Below are positions 17,879-26,676 of a DNA stretch of 64,000 nucleotides, piece by piece. The position numbers and the translations under genes were made by a program. Source of the DNA: an uncultured Porphyromonadaceae bacterium (lineage in GTDB: Bacteria; Bacteroidota; Bacteroidia; Bacteroidales; Muribaculaceae); contig CAMWNP010000002.1 in assembly GCA_947175645.1 (NCBI GenBank), forward strand, positions 96,835-160,834, given 5' to 3'. Under the pieces are notes generated by a model. That model did not search any database. It was not told where the DNA came from and saw only the letters and a program-made list of their open reading frames with translations. Positions within the stretch are counted from its first letter, which is position 1. Every line of letters begins with the position of its first letter.

Positions 17879-19259
17879 AAGTAATTTCGTTATAGGTTGT
17901 TGGTATGGCTTTAATATCGCCCTTGTAGAACACCAGCACATTTTGGTGGCACTTGCCCACCTTACGGTTGCGCATATACCTCTGCACACGCTGGGGGAGT
18001 GTGCCTATAGGCTCCACAATAATGCACTCGTTATAGAGCGGCATACCATGAGCCTTAAACATTCGCTTTATATCGCCCACAAAGTCATAATAGTAGCCCT
18101 CTTTGTCGCGTATATCGCCCACCACAATTACAGCAAAGCGGTTTTGTTTGAGGCAGGTAATGGCATTGGCAAAGGCGTTTTCCAATATGCCCAAAAATGC
18201 CTCATAGGTGGGTTGGTTGCTCGCATCATTGGGCTTGTCGCTGTAAACCTCAAGGTCGTAGTACGGAGGGCAGCTAAAGAGCAAATCCTGTGAGCCAGCC
18301 GCAATGTGCTTGGCTACGTTCTGCCCATCATCGCAAATGTAGTGTGCGCTCATGCCCTCAACGCGCTCATTGTTGAGCCTTGCCTGCTCCTCGCGTAGCT
18401 CAATGCCTGTAAAGCTCATGCCCAGTGTGGCGGCCACATAGCCAAATACGGTATCGCCAGCAAAGCAATCAAAGGCCGCGCCTCCCTCCATACCAAACCA
18501 TCTGCAAACAATCTCGGCCATTACTGGGTCAAGCAGGCTAACACCGTTGTTGATGGTGGCCATGCAGTTTGTTTCGCCGTCTGCCAGCGTGCCCTCTCGG
18601 CTCTCGCCAAAGTCGGCGATGCGCTCACGCCACATGGCTTTGCGCTGCCTCCAGTAGCCCTGTCGGGTGTCAAGTATGGTAAACGGTGGTGCAATAAACT
18701 TGTCGGAGAGGCTGCCATGCTTGCCACTCTCGGAGCTGGAGCCAGCAGAGCCGTTGCCCTCGGCCTCGCCTCCATTGTCGGGCTGCCAGCAGTCAAGCCC
18801 CCACTCCTCAAGCTCCATCGGCTCCCACTCATTAGCGAGCATATCCCAATCCCATGCTCCATAAGAGAGGTTATCCTTAATGATAAACTCTCGCTTCTCC
18901 TCCTCGGAGAGCTGGGAGGCGTGCAGTATCTCCACCACTGGAGCCTTGAGCCACTTTGCCCAGTAGTTGCGCAGGTTCTCACGCTCCAGCTCGGTTTTTT
19001 GCGCATACCCATTGCATTTGCCCAGCATCATGTTTACCTCGGCAGGGCGCATTTTGGATATGGCAATGAGGGCACGGAGGCGCATATTGCCGCCCAGCAC
19101 AATATTGGCCTCATCTACAACCACAGGGCGCAGGTGCAGCATCTTGGGGAACATCAGCAGGCTCTTTTGGAGCTGTTCAAATTTATCCTGCTCAATGCCG
19201 CGTGGGTTCGCCTCATTGAGTATTATATCGGTTATTGGTACAAGGGGGCTTTTGGTCAT
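17823..19259 (-). CDS. ParB-like N-terminal domain fused to a DNA methyltransferase (478 aa)
   Basis: N-terminal ParB/Srx-like ITDIILNEANPRGI...LRPVVVDE...GGNMRLRA. SAM motif FDCFAGDTVFG and catalytic motif SCPPYYDL ((S/D)PPY type). Confidence 0.7.
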   Translation of the reverse strand: MTKSPLVPITDIILNEANPRGIEQDKFEQLQKSLLMFPKMLHLRPVVVDEANIVLGGNMRLRALIAISKMRPAEVNMMLGKCNGYAQKTELERENLRNYWAKWLKAPVVEILHASQLSEEEKREFIIKDNLSYGAWDWDMLANEWEPMELEEWGLDCWQPDNGGEAEGNGSAGSSSESGKHGSLSDKFIAPPFTILDTRQGYWRQRKAMWRERIADFGESREGTLADGETNCMATINNGVSLLDPVMAEIVCRWFGMEGGAAFDCFAGDTVFGYVAATLGMSFTGIELREEQARLNNERVEGMSAHYICDDGQNVAKHIAAGSQDLLFSCPPYYDLEVYSDKPNDASNQPTYEAFLGILENAFANAITCLKQNRFAVIVVGDIRDKEGYYYDFVGDIKRMFKAHGMPLYNECIIVEPIGTLPQRVQRYMRNRKVGKCHQNVLVFYKGDIKAIPTTYNEITYASEDLAAFGMDNNDTTE

Positions 19260-19301
19260 ATCGTTTTACACATTTGCGTTTTAGGTGGCAAAGAAAACAA
19301 T

Positions 19302-19328
19302 AAAAGCGCACAATATATGTACGCTTTT
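19302..19328. repeat. Conserved intergenic palindrome AAAAGCGCAC-N7-GTACGCTTTT (family copy 1)
   Basis: 10-bp arms with one mismatch (G-U compatible on the minus-strand transcript). Related copies lie at 44843..44869, with half sites at 26086..26097 and 4502..4513. Confidence 0.5.
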
Positions 19329-19351
19329 AGTCCAAAGTTTGAAAGTAGCCT

Positions 19352-19735
19352 CTATTTTACCATAAACGCCTCTTTGCACACCTGCATAAAGTCCTCAAGG
19401 CTCCTGCAAATGTGGTACTCATGCCCCAGCCGTTGCACATTGCGCTGGAACTCCTTTTGCGTTTCCTGCTGGGTGCCTTTTGGGGTTTTCATCTCAACAA
19501 ATACCACCTTGCCCTTACCAACCAGCACAAGGTCTGCAACTCCTGCCAGTGCGCCCTCCTCCTTGAGCTTAACCGCTGCTGGGGAGTAGGTGGCTATTGC
19601 GCCAGTTTTGGTTTGCACCGTTTTCTTCGGCCTCTTGCTGCCATTAGGCACTGCAAAGCACACAAGCCGTGGAAACTGGTAGCGAAACCATGTAACACAG
19701 GCCACCTGTATGTTGTGTTCTTGCTCGCTCATCAT
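19352..19735 (-). CDS. VRR-NUC domain nuclease (127 aa)
   Basis: PD-(D/E)xK-like GVADLVLV...VFVEMKTPKG...Q motif pattern. Confidence 0.7.
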   Translation of the reverse strand: MMSEQEHNIQVACVTWFRYQFPRLVCFAVPNGSKRPKKTVQTKTGAIATYSPAAVKLKEEGALAGVADLVLVGKGKVVFVEMKTPKGTQQETQKEFQRNVQRLGHEYHICRSLEDFMQVCKEAFMVK

Positions 19736-19737
19736 GG

Positions 19738-20244
19738 CTAAAATGGCAAATCGGGTTCCTGTTGTGGGTAATAGCCCCCATAATTGGCCGCTGTCTGCGT
19801 TTCTTGGCTCTGCTGGTATGATTGCACACCTTGAGGCTGATATTGCGTTGTCGGGGCTGTGTCGGCCTGCTGTGCAGCGTTTTCTCTTTCTCCTCCTCCA
19901 GCTCCATTACTGGAGAGCAACACAATGTTGGAGCAAACCACCTCCGCAACATAACGCTTTTGATGTGTGTCCTTGTCCTCATAGTTGCGGTAGCGCATTT
20001 TGCCTTCAACATATACCTGCTGGCCTTTTGCAAGGTAACGTTCTGCAATGGTGGCCATGCCTCCCCATGCAACAATGTTGTGCCATTCTGTTTTTGCGGC
20101 CACCTGCTTGCCCTGTTGGGTTGTGTAGGCTGGCTCGGTTGTGGCGAGTGTAAATGTGGCTACCTTTGCACCACCATCCAGCACTCTTACATCGGGCTGT
20201 TTGCCCAAATTGCCTATAAGCTCAATTTTGTTTAAGCTGCCCAT
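19738..20244 (-). CDS. ssb: Single-stranded DNA-binding protein (168 aa)
   Basis: OB-fold signature NKIELIGNLGKQPDVR...TEWHNIVAWG, a Gly/Gln/Pro-rich linker and a C-terminal DLPF tip. Confidence 0.9.
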   Translation of the reverse strand: MGSLNKIELIGNLGKQPDVRVLDGGAKVATFTLATTEPAYTTQQGKQVAAKTEWHNIVAWGGMATIAERYLAKGQQVYVEGKMRYRNYEDKDTHQKRYVAEVVCSNIVLLSSNGAGGGERENAAQQADTAPTTQYQPQGVQSYQQSQETQTAANYGGYYPQQEPDLPF

Positions 20245-20335
20245 ATTAGTATTATTACTTACTTATAGTATTATTATATATTATTACACACATACTGCAA
20301 TATACTTACTGCTGTATTAGGAGCTGGCAGAGGGG

Positions 20336-20899
20336 TTAAAACGTAAGCCGCTTGTAAACCTCATGCGTAAGCACAATATCATACAGAGTATCGTGCAGCC
20401 GCTCCTCCTCAATCACAATGCCCAGTTGCTCGGCCACGGTGCGGAGCTTGAAATCTTTCATCATGGGGCGTTGCTCCATGAGAGCCTGCGCTGCCAGCAC
20501 CATTACATCAATGGCACTGCTCCAAAACCAGCTCCCAAAGTAGTTATCGCCATTTTGCACAAACCACGCACGGAGGAACTGGTTATCAAACGATGCATTG
20601 TTGTAGCCACAGAGGAAAAACTTGTCGGTCTTGTCGTACTTATCAACATACTTGCCCAGCAGTTTTGTAAACTCCTCCTTTACTCCCCACATGGGAGGGT
20701 AAGCCATAATTTGCTCTCGCGTTACACCAGCAACCTGTAGTGCCTCCTCCTCAATTTCAGCCTTGGGGTTGGGCTGTACTTTGTAGTTAAAAACCTCCTT
20801 GACTTCTCCGTCAATTACCACAATGCCGCTTAACTGGTGTATGCCATTGCGCCAGTATTTTGTGCCAGTGGTTTCAAGGTCGTAAAATACCTGTTTCAT
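20336..20899 (-). CDS. DEDDh 3'-5' exonuclease (DnaQ-like, 187 aa)
   Basis: Exo I YDLETTG, Exo II YNNASFDNQFL, Exo III HDTLYDI. Confidence 0.8.
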   Translation of the reverse strand: MKQVFYDLETTGTKYWRNGIHQLSGIVVIDGEVKEVFNYKVQPNPKAEIEEEALQVAGVTREQIMAYPPMWGVKEEFTKLLGKYVDKYDKTDKFFLCGYNNASFDNQFLRAWFVQNGDNYFGSWFWSSAIDVMVLAAQALMEQRPMMKDFKLRTVAEQLGIVIEEERLHDTLYDIVLTHEVYKRLTF

Positions 20900-21420
20900 T
20901 GGTTTTGTATTATGTTGTTAAACTTGATTTTCATTCTTTCATGGGCGGCGGCAATATCCTGCTCGGCCAGCATGAGCTTGGCCTGTGCTTTTTGTAGCTG
21001 CTCATCGGTTGCAGGGTCAAAAAACAAATTGCCCTGCTGGCTGGCAATGTACTCCTCCACAGCTCGGAGCCGTTTTGTATGCTTGGCCTTGGCAGCCACC
21101 AGCCTGTTAATATCTTCCTGCCAGCCTACACGCCTGCCTTTGTATCGGTATTCATAGCAGTAGCAGGTGCTAACTGGAGCCTTGGGCTGCTCACAGGTGT
21201 AGCGAGCCACACGCCAGTTTATAACCCAGCTCCAACGCTCAAGCATGGCCACTGGCAGCTCATAGGTGTGCAGGGGTACGCGCTCGGAGCCTATGTTTCG
21301 CTCGATGGATATTCGCACCCACCGCTCCACCTCCAGCTCACGCTCGGCCTTTGCCTGTGCCTTGGCAAACTGGAGGTAGTCGGTGCCTATATCACTGCTG
21401 GATTTCAACTGCTGGCTCAT
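20896..21420 (-). CDS. Hypothetical protein (174 aa)
   Basis: ATG start with a 4-nt overlap with the next gene. Confidence 0.55.
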   Translation of the reverse strand: MSQQLKSSSDIGTDYLQFAKAQAKAERELEVERWVRISIERNIGSERVPLHTYELPVAMLERWSWVINWRVARYTCEQPKAPVSTCYCYEYRYKGRRVGWQEDINRLVAAKAKHTKRLRAVEEYIASQQGNLFFDPATDEQLQKAQAKLMLAEQDIAAAHERMKIKFNNIIQNQ

Positions 21421-21700
21421 GGTTGCGCATTATCTCCTGTGCCTTGTATGCTGCATAAGCCTCTATGCGCTTATCCAGTAGCAGTTCACTCTCGTTATTA
21501 ACATAAGCATTTGCCACTCCCTCCAGCAGGTCAGCCTCATAACGGAGGTCGCGCACCCTGTCTTTTAATATGCCAATAGTGGCAGCTCGGTGGTCTTGCT
21601 GGCCAATGGCCTCTGCTTGTTTGAGAAATTCCTTTATCTCATTTGCACAATTTTGCACGGCCTCAATGAGGCTCTTGGATAATTTTACGGTAAATTTCAT
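21392..21700 (-). CDS. Hypothetical protein (102 aa)
   Basis: ATG start, helical composition. Confidence 0.5.
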   Translation of the reverse strand: MKFTVKLSKSLIEAVQNCANEIKEFLKQAEAIGQQDHRAATIGILKDRVRDLRYEADLLEGVANAYVNNESELLLDKRIEAYAAYKAQEIMRNHEPAVEIQQ

Positions 21701-21712
21701 TGCTTAATCGGT

Positions 21713-22012
21713 TTAATCAAATAGAGTTGGCTGTTTCTTTATGCGAGTAAAACAATCAGAGTAATAAGTTATGGGAGCCAGCTCTATTTGGCCGCCAATA
21801 ACATTTTGCTTATACTCTAATAGGCCGCAATTAGCACACTTGTAATGCCCCTCAAGGAAATTATTTCCATTGCTGTGAGGAGCCTTAACTGCGCCATGAG
21901 TTTTGCAGCGTGGGCAAGTAAATCGGTACTCAAAACCATCCTCGTAAATACTATTAGCGACAAATGGCCTCCAGCTCACGATTTTACCCAGCGTGGTGTT
22001 ATTCTTTTTCAT
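21713..22012 (-). CDS. Zinc-ribbon protein (about 99 aa; start could instead be 22051)
   Basis: Cys pairs CPRC...CANC. Confidence 0.45.
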   Translation of the reverse strand: MKKNNTTLGKIVSWRPFVANSIYEDGFEYRFTCPRCKTHGAVKAPHSNGNNFLEGHYKCANCGLLEYKQNVIGGQIELAPITYYSDCFTRIKKQPTLFD

Positions 22013-22328
22013 GCAAAAACACCCTGTAGTCCATTGCAGACCAGCCACCATGTGCCTCTATGCGAGCAATGCGCATATCGTGGAAATATGGTGGTATTAC
22101 CAGCGGCTTGTTGCTGCCATGGTTATTATACTCAAAACTTGCTAATGCATCTTGGCCTAACCAGTTTTTGGGGTTAATGTAAACATTGCCCCATTCTCCT
22201 TTGCTGTTTACAAACTCAACAAACTGGGCAATGGTGCATGGTTGTCTCATCTCTATGCGGTAGGCACTCATGCAGTCACCATAAGGGCCACCTGTGCAAA
22301 CAGGCTTAAAAAGTTCGGTAATGCTCAT
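21999..22328 (-). CDS. Hypothetical protein (109 aa from the ATG; the track ORF starts at a GTG at 22373)
   Basis: The ATG at 22328 abuts the upstream stop at 22325. Confidence 0.45.
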   Translation of the reverse strand: MSITELFKPVCTGGPYGDCMSAYRIEMRQPCTIAQFVEFVNSKGEWGNVYINPKNWLGQDALASFEYNNHGSNKPLVIPPYFHDMRIARIEAHGGWSAMDYRVFLHEKE

Positions 22329-22531
22329 AACTCGGCCTCCTCTCCCTGTTGATTGCCTACTGCTGGGGCGCACTCATTGCAATAGAGTTTACCATTGAGC
22401 CATTGCCAGCCGCTTTCCAGTGCCTCCAGCTCTGCACCCTCGGCACTATCCCATGCCACAACCTCATCGCCAACTCCTTTACGCTGGCAGCGGTCGCACA
22501 CTGCTTGATACATTGTTGTTTTTTCTATCAT
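22325..22531 (-). CDS. Small zinc-ribbon protein (68 aa)
   Basis: CDRC...CNEC. Confidence 0.45.
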   Translation of the reverse strand: MIEKTTMYQAVCDRCQRKGVGDEVVAWDSAEGAELEALESGWQWLNGKLYCNECAPAVGNQQGEEAEL

Positions 22532-22908
22532 TGTTTTAGGCTTGAAATAATTTCTAACAAATCTTTAGGGAGATTGAGGATAGCCCAGTGGGTTACACGC
22601 TCTATGCCCAAATTTACCAGCATAGCACGCTGCCCTTGATATGCTCCATCTTGCCATGGCGCAAACTCAACGCTCACTCCCTCGGAACTTGCAATGAGCG
22701 TTAAATATTTGCCATCCTCTGCTGGATATTTTTGAGCGTCTACCCAGTTACAGGATTGTAATGGGTGATTATCTGCCCACTCGGCACCCATGCGAAAGCT
22801 CTCGGAGTGGTCGGGGTTATCGTTGTTGTGAGCTTGCAGGTAATTGTGATATGCCTCATATCCAGCACGGTCTATTTGCTCACTCCTTTCGGAAAATAAT
22901 ATTGCCAT
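22528..22908 (-). CDS. DUF551-like protein (126 aa)
   Basis: The C-terminal ERVTHWAILNLP resembles the VTHWMPLP motif of DUF551. Confidence 0.45.
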   Translation of the reverse strand: MAILFSERSEQIDRAGYEAYHNYLQAHNNDNPDHSESFRMGAEWADNHPLQSCNWVDAQKYPAEDGKYLTLIASSEGVSVEFAPWQDGAYQGQRAMLVNLGIERVTHWAILNLPKDLLEIISSLKQ

Positions 22909-22982
22909 AGTAAGTAATTATTATATTATATACATACACCAGTAATAATACTTGCCTATGTAGTAGGCAGAGGGCGTGCGCC

Positions 22983-23366
22983 CTAATGGTAGCCTCTACG
23001 CACACAAAAAGAGCGTGTGCGGTGCCAGTATGGTTTGGCTCGGTGTGGCTTGCGTGCCGCTGGGTTGAGCTTGGGCTTGTAACCCCAGCCCTGCATTACC
23101 CATTGCTTAATCTCATGCCGCCACTCTCTTTCTGCATCACATAGGCACTGGAGTTTATCCATTTCCTGTGCCGCTTGTGATGCTATTATTTCCAGTTCTT
23201 GCAGAGCTTTTGCCTGTAACTGGAGGCTCCTAATAAAGTGCAGTTGAGCTTCGGGGAGTTTAACAATGTCCTCCTCTGTAAGCTCTCGCGCCTCAGCCTC
23301 TCCGTTCTCTACCTGCTCAATTATGTAGAGCTTATGGTCTTGGGAGTTTATTACTATTTCTCCCAT
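22983..23366 (-). CDS. Hypothetical protein (127 aa)
   Basis: ATG start in the same-strand array. Confidence 0.5.
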   Translation of the reverse strand: MGEIVINSQDHKLYIIEQVENGEAEARELTEEDIVKLPEAQLHFIRSLQLQAKALQELEIIASQAAQEMDKLQCLCDAEREWRHEIKQWVMQGWGYKPKLNPAARKPHRAKPYWHRTRSFCVRRGYH

Positions 23367-23551
23367 GGCATTCTATCCTGTTTGGGGTCTGTTACTCGGT
23401 TGCAAATTCCCACATATTTGCGTAGCGGCAGCGGAATGAGTCTGCGTATAGCCTTACGCTGTTGCTGCGGTGTGTAAGGTTGTCGGTTTGTTTCAAAGCC
23501 TTTGTACCTACTCACTGCAATAAATATTTTTTCTGCTATTCTTCCTTTCAT
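23354..23551 (-). CDS. Possible small basic protein (65 aa)
   Basis: ATG start and it fills a gap, but the composition is only weakly coding-like. Confidence 0.3.
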   Translation of the reverse strand: MKGRIAEKIFIAVSRYKGFETNRQPYTPQQQRKAIRRLIPLPLRKYVGICNRVTDPKQDRMPWEK

Positions 23552-23751
23552 TTTACCTCGGTAATTAGTTTTACATCAGTGCGGCCAAACATTGCGGAGC
23601 TGGTTACAAAGCCCACGCTACGCCTCTCCAGTTCTACCTCATGCACTACATAGCCAGTGCGCACCTCAAAATCATGCACAAGCTCAGCAATGCGCTTTTC
23701 GCACTCCTGCTTGAGCTGTTTGGCCTCCTGTACGGTTATTTGTTCACTCAT
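23548..23751 (-). CDS. Hypothetical protein (67 aa)
   Basis: ATG start with 4-nt overlaps on both sides. Confidence 0.5.
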   Translation of the reverse strand: MSEQITVQEAKQLKQECEKRIAELVHDFEVRTGYVVHEVELERRSVGFVTSSAMFGRTDVKLITEVK

Positions 23752-24095
23752 GCTTTTTCGGTTTTGTAATATGCGAGCCGCACCACATCGTATGTCTGCC
23801 CCAGCACCACAAAAATGTGAGTGGTGCCAGTGGAGAGGCCAGCCACTTTTATTGCAGGGCGCGAAACACCCTCAATTTGGCACCTGTCGTTTGCGCTGTC
23901 GCTTTGAAAGTGCCGCGAAAGGCATTTTATTAGCTCAATGTAAAAAGGCTCTCCAAACGCCTCTTTTAGCTTATCTCGGTTGCGTAGTGCGTACCTCATG
24001 GGGCAGGGTGTATCTTTTACAGGATTGCCAGTAAAAACTTGGAGCGTGTAAAAGCTCCCTGTTACTGGCTCTCGCATGAGTTTATTTATTGCCAT
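23748..24095 (-). CDS. Hypothetical protein (115 aa)
   Basis: ATG start. It overlaps the end of the ParB-like gene. Confidence 0.5.
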   Translation of the reverse strand: MAINKLMREPVTGSFYTLQVFTGNPVKDTPCPMRYALRNRDKLKEAFGEPFYIELIKCLSRHFQSDSANDRCQIEGVSRPAIKVAGLSTGTTHIFVVLGQTYDVVRLAYYKTEKA

Positions 24096-24930
24096 CTTGC
24101 GCGGCTTTAGTGTAACCCTCTACCATTTCCAGCACAACATCCGTTTGTGTGGCCACGGCCTCTATTGAGGCGCGGCAGCATAATACGTCTGTAACCACAT
24201 CATCACTTAACTCCTCACGCAGAGCCATGGCCTGTTTTAATGCCAAACTGGCTTTCTTGAGAGCCTTGAGGAGTTTTACATGAGCAGGCACATCGTTGTT
24301 GTCTGCTGTACGCTTACCAGTAGCCTTTGCATTGGTTACGGCAGCACTCACAGCAGCCACCTGTGCGGCCTCATTCTCCTTGTTTTGGCCTACAATCTCA
24401 CGCACGGCATTGGTGGAGATTTCGCCACGCTCAAGGCTCTGCTGAATTTCGGGTGCCAGCTCCATGAGGCTCAAGCAGCGGCATACGAATGTGGGGCTTT
24501 TACCAAACTTGGCCGCTATCTCGGTCTGTGTGTAGCCAAAATCCCTAAAGCGGTTAAACATTATGGCACACTCATACTCGGTAAAGTTCTTGCCCTCATT
24601 GCGCATCATCTGCTGCACAAGCTGCTCCTCCTCGCTGGTATTGCGCGGCAGGAAAATAGCCTTAATTCGGGCAATGTCGGCACCCTCGGCAATAGCAGCG
24701 AGAGTGGCGCGTAACCTGCGCTCTCCATCCACCAGCCTGTAACGCTCGGTGCCGTCTGCTGCCTTGGTAGGTATAACCGTAATGGGGTTAAGCACTCCAT
24801 TGAGCTTGATTTGCTCTTTCAGCTCATCAATGGCAAACTCCCTGCGCACATTAAAGCCTGCCACTACATCTACATTGCGCGGGTCTATTTGGTAAATATC
24901 CGTGCGCTTGGTTGCATTTATTTCACTCAT
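24082..24930 (-). CDS. ParB-like nuclease/partition domain protein (282 aa)
   Basis: NGVLNPITVIP...YRLVDGERRLRA ParB N-terminal box plus an HTH. Confidence 0.75.
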   Translation of the reverse strand: MSEINATKRTDIYQIDPRNVDVVAGFNVRREFAIDELKEQIKLNGVLNPITVIPTKAADGTERYRLVDGERRLRATLAAIAEGADIARIKAIFLPRNTSEEEQLVQQMMRNEGKNFTEYECAIMFNRFRDFGYTQTEIAAKFGKSPTFVCRCLSLMELAPEIQQSLERGEISTNAVREIVGQNKENEAAQVAAVSAAVTNAKATGKRTADNNDVPAHVKLLKALKKASLALKQAMALREELSDDVVTDVLCCRASIEAVATQTDVVLEMVEGYTKAAQDGNK

Positions 24931-24955
24931 AGTTTGTTATTGTTTGGGTTATCAG

Positions 24956-25234
24956 TCATTTAATCATTAGCTCCAGTAACGTGTTGGCCACCATGAGGAG
25001 CAACACAGCGGCCAGTATGCCGCAAAAATCTGCCAGCAAATCCCACCAGCACCAGTGATTGCCAGTAGCATTTTTATCTCCATACTCCTTGCCCAGTGCC
25101 AGCCCAGCAGAGAGTGCAATGCCAACGGCACAACCTGTCTGTAAGCTGCTACTTGTGAGCCATGCGGCACAGCTCAATACCAGTGTGGCAATGAGGCACA
25201 CGCAAAAGTGCTTTATCTTATCTTGCTGTATCAT
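24956..25234 (-). CDS. Small integral membrane protein (92 aa)
   Basis: Three hydrophobic segments. Confidence 0.5.
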   Translation of the reverse strand: MIQQDKIKHFCVCLIATLVLSCAAWLTSSSLQTGCAVGIALSAGLALGKEYGDKNATGNHWCWWDLLADFCGILAAVLLLMVANTLLELMIK

Positions 25235-25575
25235 TTTCTGTTATGTTTCCTTAACTTGTAATTATTCTTGTTCTTTTTGTAAAACTTTTTGCGCCTTTCC
25301 ACCCACTCCAAATTATCAAGGCTCAAATGCTCATAGTTGCCGTCTTTTACATTGGGCTTGTAGCCTGCTGGCTGGGGGCAAACAAAAGCCTCCAGTACCA
25401 GTTTAGCTACCACCATGAGCTTGTAATTATCCCCACTGCGCAATGTTACCCTCCTCATGCCATAGCCAGCAACAAAGCGCAGAGGTGTGTGAGTGCCAAT
25501 TTTACGCACTATTCCCATATTGCTAACCTCGTAGCCAGCATAGCCCTCAACAGGTTTCCACATTTCGTTTTCCAT
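25231..25575 (-). CDS. NUMOD4 / HNH_3-type endonuclease-like protein (114 aa)
   Basis: The N-terminal WKPVEGYAGYEVSNMGIVRK is a NUMOD4 motif. KDGNYEHLSLDNLEWV is the HNH_3-like tail. Confidence 0.6.
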   Translation of the reverse strand: MENEMWKPVEGYAGYEVSNMGIVRKIGTHTPLRFVAGYGMRRVTLRSGDNYKLMVVAKLVLEAFVCPQPAGYKPNVKDGNYEHLSLDNLEWVERRKKFYKKNKNNYKLRKHNRK

Positions 25576-25596
25576 CGCCAGTGTGGGTATTACAGG

Positions 25597-26058
25597 TTAG
25601 TAGCGCATATCGGTAAAATGGAGTATTACACCCTCAAACTGGCTTACTCCCTTGAGGAACCAGTAATACCAATCCCAGTAGCTCAAGCCATCATTTTTGG
25701 AGAGCTTGGCCGCTCCTTGCTCAATGAGCTTGCCATCAACCATAATGGCTGGCTCATGGTCGGCTCCCATGCGCGTTATCTGCACACGCTGCACTCCCAG
25801 CTTTGTGAGGCGTGCCACCTCCACCTGCTGCGAGCGGTAGGGCTTGCCACTCCACACACGGATTGATAGCTCCATTTTGCCTGCATTTATCTGCTCGGCA
25901 CGCTTTGCCCATAGCTCATAATTGGAGCGTATGGTGTGGAGCTTGGTGCCACTCTTGAGCTTTTCTACAAACTCCGTGGGCAGCCCATCCTTGGGGTGTC
26001 CTTTTTGGTATTGCTGGCTCAATGTAAGCACAGCCACTTTTTTCTTTTCAGTTGCCAT
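25597..26058 (-). CDS. Hypothetical protein (153 aa)
   Basis: ATG start, coding-like composition. Confidence 0.5.
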   Translation of the reverse strand: MATEKKKVAVLTLSQQYQKGHPKDGLPTEFVEKLKSGTKLHTIRSNYELWAKRAEQINAGKMELSIRVWSGKPYRSQQVEVARLTKLGVQRVQITRMGADHEPAIMVDGKLIEQGAAKLSKNDGLSYWDWYYWFLKGVSQFEGVILHFTDMRY

Positions 26059-26100
26059 ATTTTAGGGGTTAAGTGTTCGTTATATGTACGCTTTTAGGGT

Positions 26101-26676
26101 TTAATAAGCCTTACCATGCTTGTAGGGTCTGCTTGCATTGTAGAGCATTTTGTGCCTTATATGCCACGTCAAATCAATGCCCAGTTGCTCTGCCAGCCAT
26201 TTAATTTGCACAAGCGAGCAGGCAATGCGGTGGTAGGTTGTAAGAGTGCGGCACAACACGCACTCCATAATGTTGCCTATGTTCTCGGTAAAACTCTTTT
26301 CAATGCTTACCATGCTGTTGTAGTTCCCAGCAAAGGGCTTACTGAAATCATAGTTGTAAGCCCCTGCAATATCCAGCAGGCGTATGGCCGCATCTGCCAG
26401 CTCATCCTCCACGGTGTCCTTTATGCGAGCCTCAAAATTAGAGAGGAAATGCACATTGCCAGTATGGAAAATTTGAGGGCTGCACCATGTGCCAGCAGGT
26501 ATGGGATTGGGTATGTGTGCCCACTTATTTTTACGGTCGGCCTCAACGGCTTCGGCCAGCTCACACACCACAAGGGTAAGGAAATGCTCGGTGCTGGGCT
26601 TATCCTCCCACCAGCCATGTTTTAGGCTATTGGCGTGTATGTCGGCGGCCAGTTGGTTGCAGTTTATCCTACTCAT
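26101..26676 (-). CDS. MazG-like nucleotide pyrophosphohydrolase (191 aa)
   Basis: HGWWE, then the ExxE-type CELAEAVEAD and a second acidic box EDELADAAIRLLD. Confidence 0.6.
   Translation of the reverse strand: MSRINCNQLAADIHANSLKHGWWEDKPSTEHFLTLVVCELAEAVEADRKNKWAHIPNPIPAGTWCSPQIFHTGNVHFLSNFEARIKDTVEDELADAAIRLLDIAGAYNYDFSKPFAGNYNSMVSIEKSFTENIGNIMECVLCRTLTTYHRIACSLVQIKWLAEQLGIDLTWHIRHKMLYNASRPYKHGKAY

Noticed and set aside
17879-17989. Upstream extension of the SpeD-like ORF (MCRGICATVRW...)
   Set aside because: It would overlap the methyltransferase gene by 167 nt. The extension is Cys/Arg/Trp-rich and not part of the AdoMetDC fold.
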